Origin: Candidatus Woesearchaeota archaeon
Lineage (GTDB): Archaea; Nanobdellota; Nanobdellia; Pacearchaeales; GW2011-AR1
Direction of reading: 5' to 3'
Length of the DNA stretch: 42,215 nucleotides
Assembly (NCBI GenBank): GCA_964424875.1
Contig: CAYRKK010000002.1
Location: forward strand, 1-42,215
Part shown: positions 41,922 through 42,215 of the stretch, one piece after another
Layout of the letters: each line of letters opens with the position of its first letter
How positions within the stretch are numbered: position 1 is the stretch's first letter
Position numbers and translations under genes: made by a program
The notes under the pieces: generated by a model
What the model was told of the DNA's origin: nothing
Databases searched by the model: none
Seen by the model: only the letters and a program-made list of their open reading frames with translations

Positions 41922-42116
41922 ATGGATTTTTTAGAATTTCATAAAAAACAAGGATACAGAGTAGCTTATTCTTTAGACAATTATTTTGTTTTAAAAAGAA
42001 ACCCTGGAGAAACAAAACTATATCACCCTGAAACAGAAACTGCTACTGGAGGTCCTATTTTATCTGGAAGATATGATAAACTTAGTGATGAACAAGCCAA
42101 CCCAAACAACAAATAA
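41922..42116 (+). CDS. hypothetical small protein (64 aa)
   Basis: Clean ORF. No motif recognised. Confidence 0.35.
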   Translation: MDFLEFHKKQGYRVAYSLDNYFVLKRNPGETKLYHPETETATGGPILSGRYDKLSDEQANPNNK

Positions 42117-42215
42117 ATTTAATACTCTACCTATAAAATCAAATAGATTTCTACCATAATAAAAAATTTGGTGATTGATGCAAAAACGGACCAATAAAGC
42201 TTATAATTAAGCGAA

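Noticed and set aside
1-42215. CRISPR array, rRNA genes, transposase or integrase genes
   Set aside because: No regularly spaced short repeats were found. Repeat families A, B and C are long, few in number and irregularly spaced. No long GC-rich rRNA-like stretches are present. No ORF shows recombinase or transposase motifs that I can recognise.

Overview
This is a visibly AT-rich, gene-dense window that reads as part of a small archaeal genome, probably a DPANN-type archaeon. That assignment is an inference from several features. There is an archaeal histone-fold gene, an archaeal-type D-aminoacyl-tRNA deacylase (DtdA) and a class III signal-peptide pilin. A TTTAWATA box is centred about 25 nt upstream of many ATGs, which suggests leaderless genes. 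The tRNA has no encoded CCA. Core genes are: a MacB-type ABC exporter operon with a COG1361-like surface protein; a KaiC-like ATPase next to a pilin; a YrdC/TsaC-like protein; DtdA; a DUF362 Fe-S protein; an EamA transporter; two MFS transporters; a short HydA-like protein; a two-subunit 2-oxoacid:ferredoxin oxidoreductase; AMP-forming acetyl-CoA synthetase; a PduL phosphotransacylase; a CYTH protein; tRNA-Ser(GCU); and a 1444-aa secreted protein with Cys-rich, PA14-like and lipase-like regions. Accessory genes are: MNT/HepT plus an extra NTase, HEPN/NTase, Doc plus RHH, a class II Fic, DUF4258/DUF2283, two NYN/LabA-like genes, a PLD-family protein, a GHKL ATPase plus STAS-like pair, a DUF4143 AAA+ ATPase, and several orphan ORFs. 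I found no rRNA, CRISPR array, transposase or integrase. The most interesting signal is structural. Several single-gene modules (Fic, one MFS copy, a 128-aa ORF beside the tRNA) are bracketed by imperfect direct repeats that duplicate the terminus of the neighbouring gene or tRNA. The two MFS copies share a perfectly identical 876-nt tract. Three intergenic repeat families (A, B, C) bracket the KaiC-like gene and an NYN/PLD island. Both NYN genes have GC-rich hairpins in their leaders. All alignments and identity counts were made by eye and need computational confirmation.
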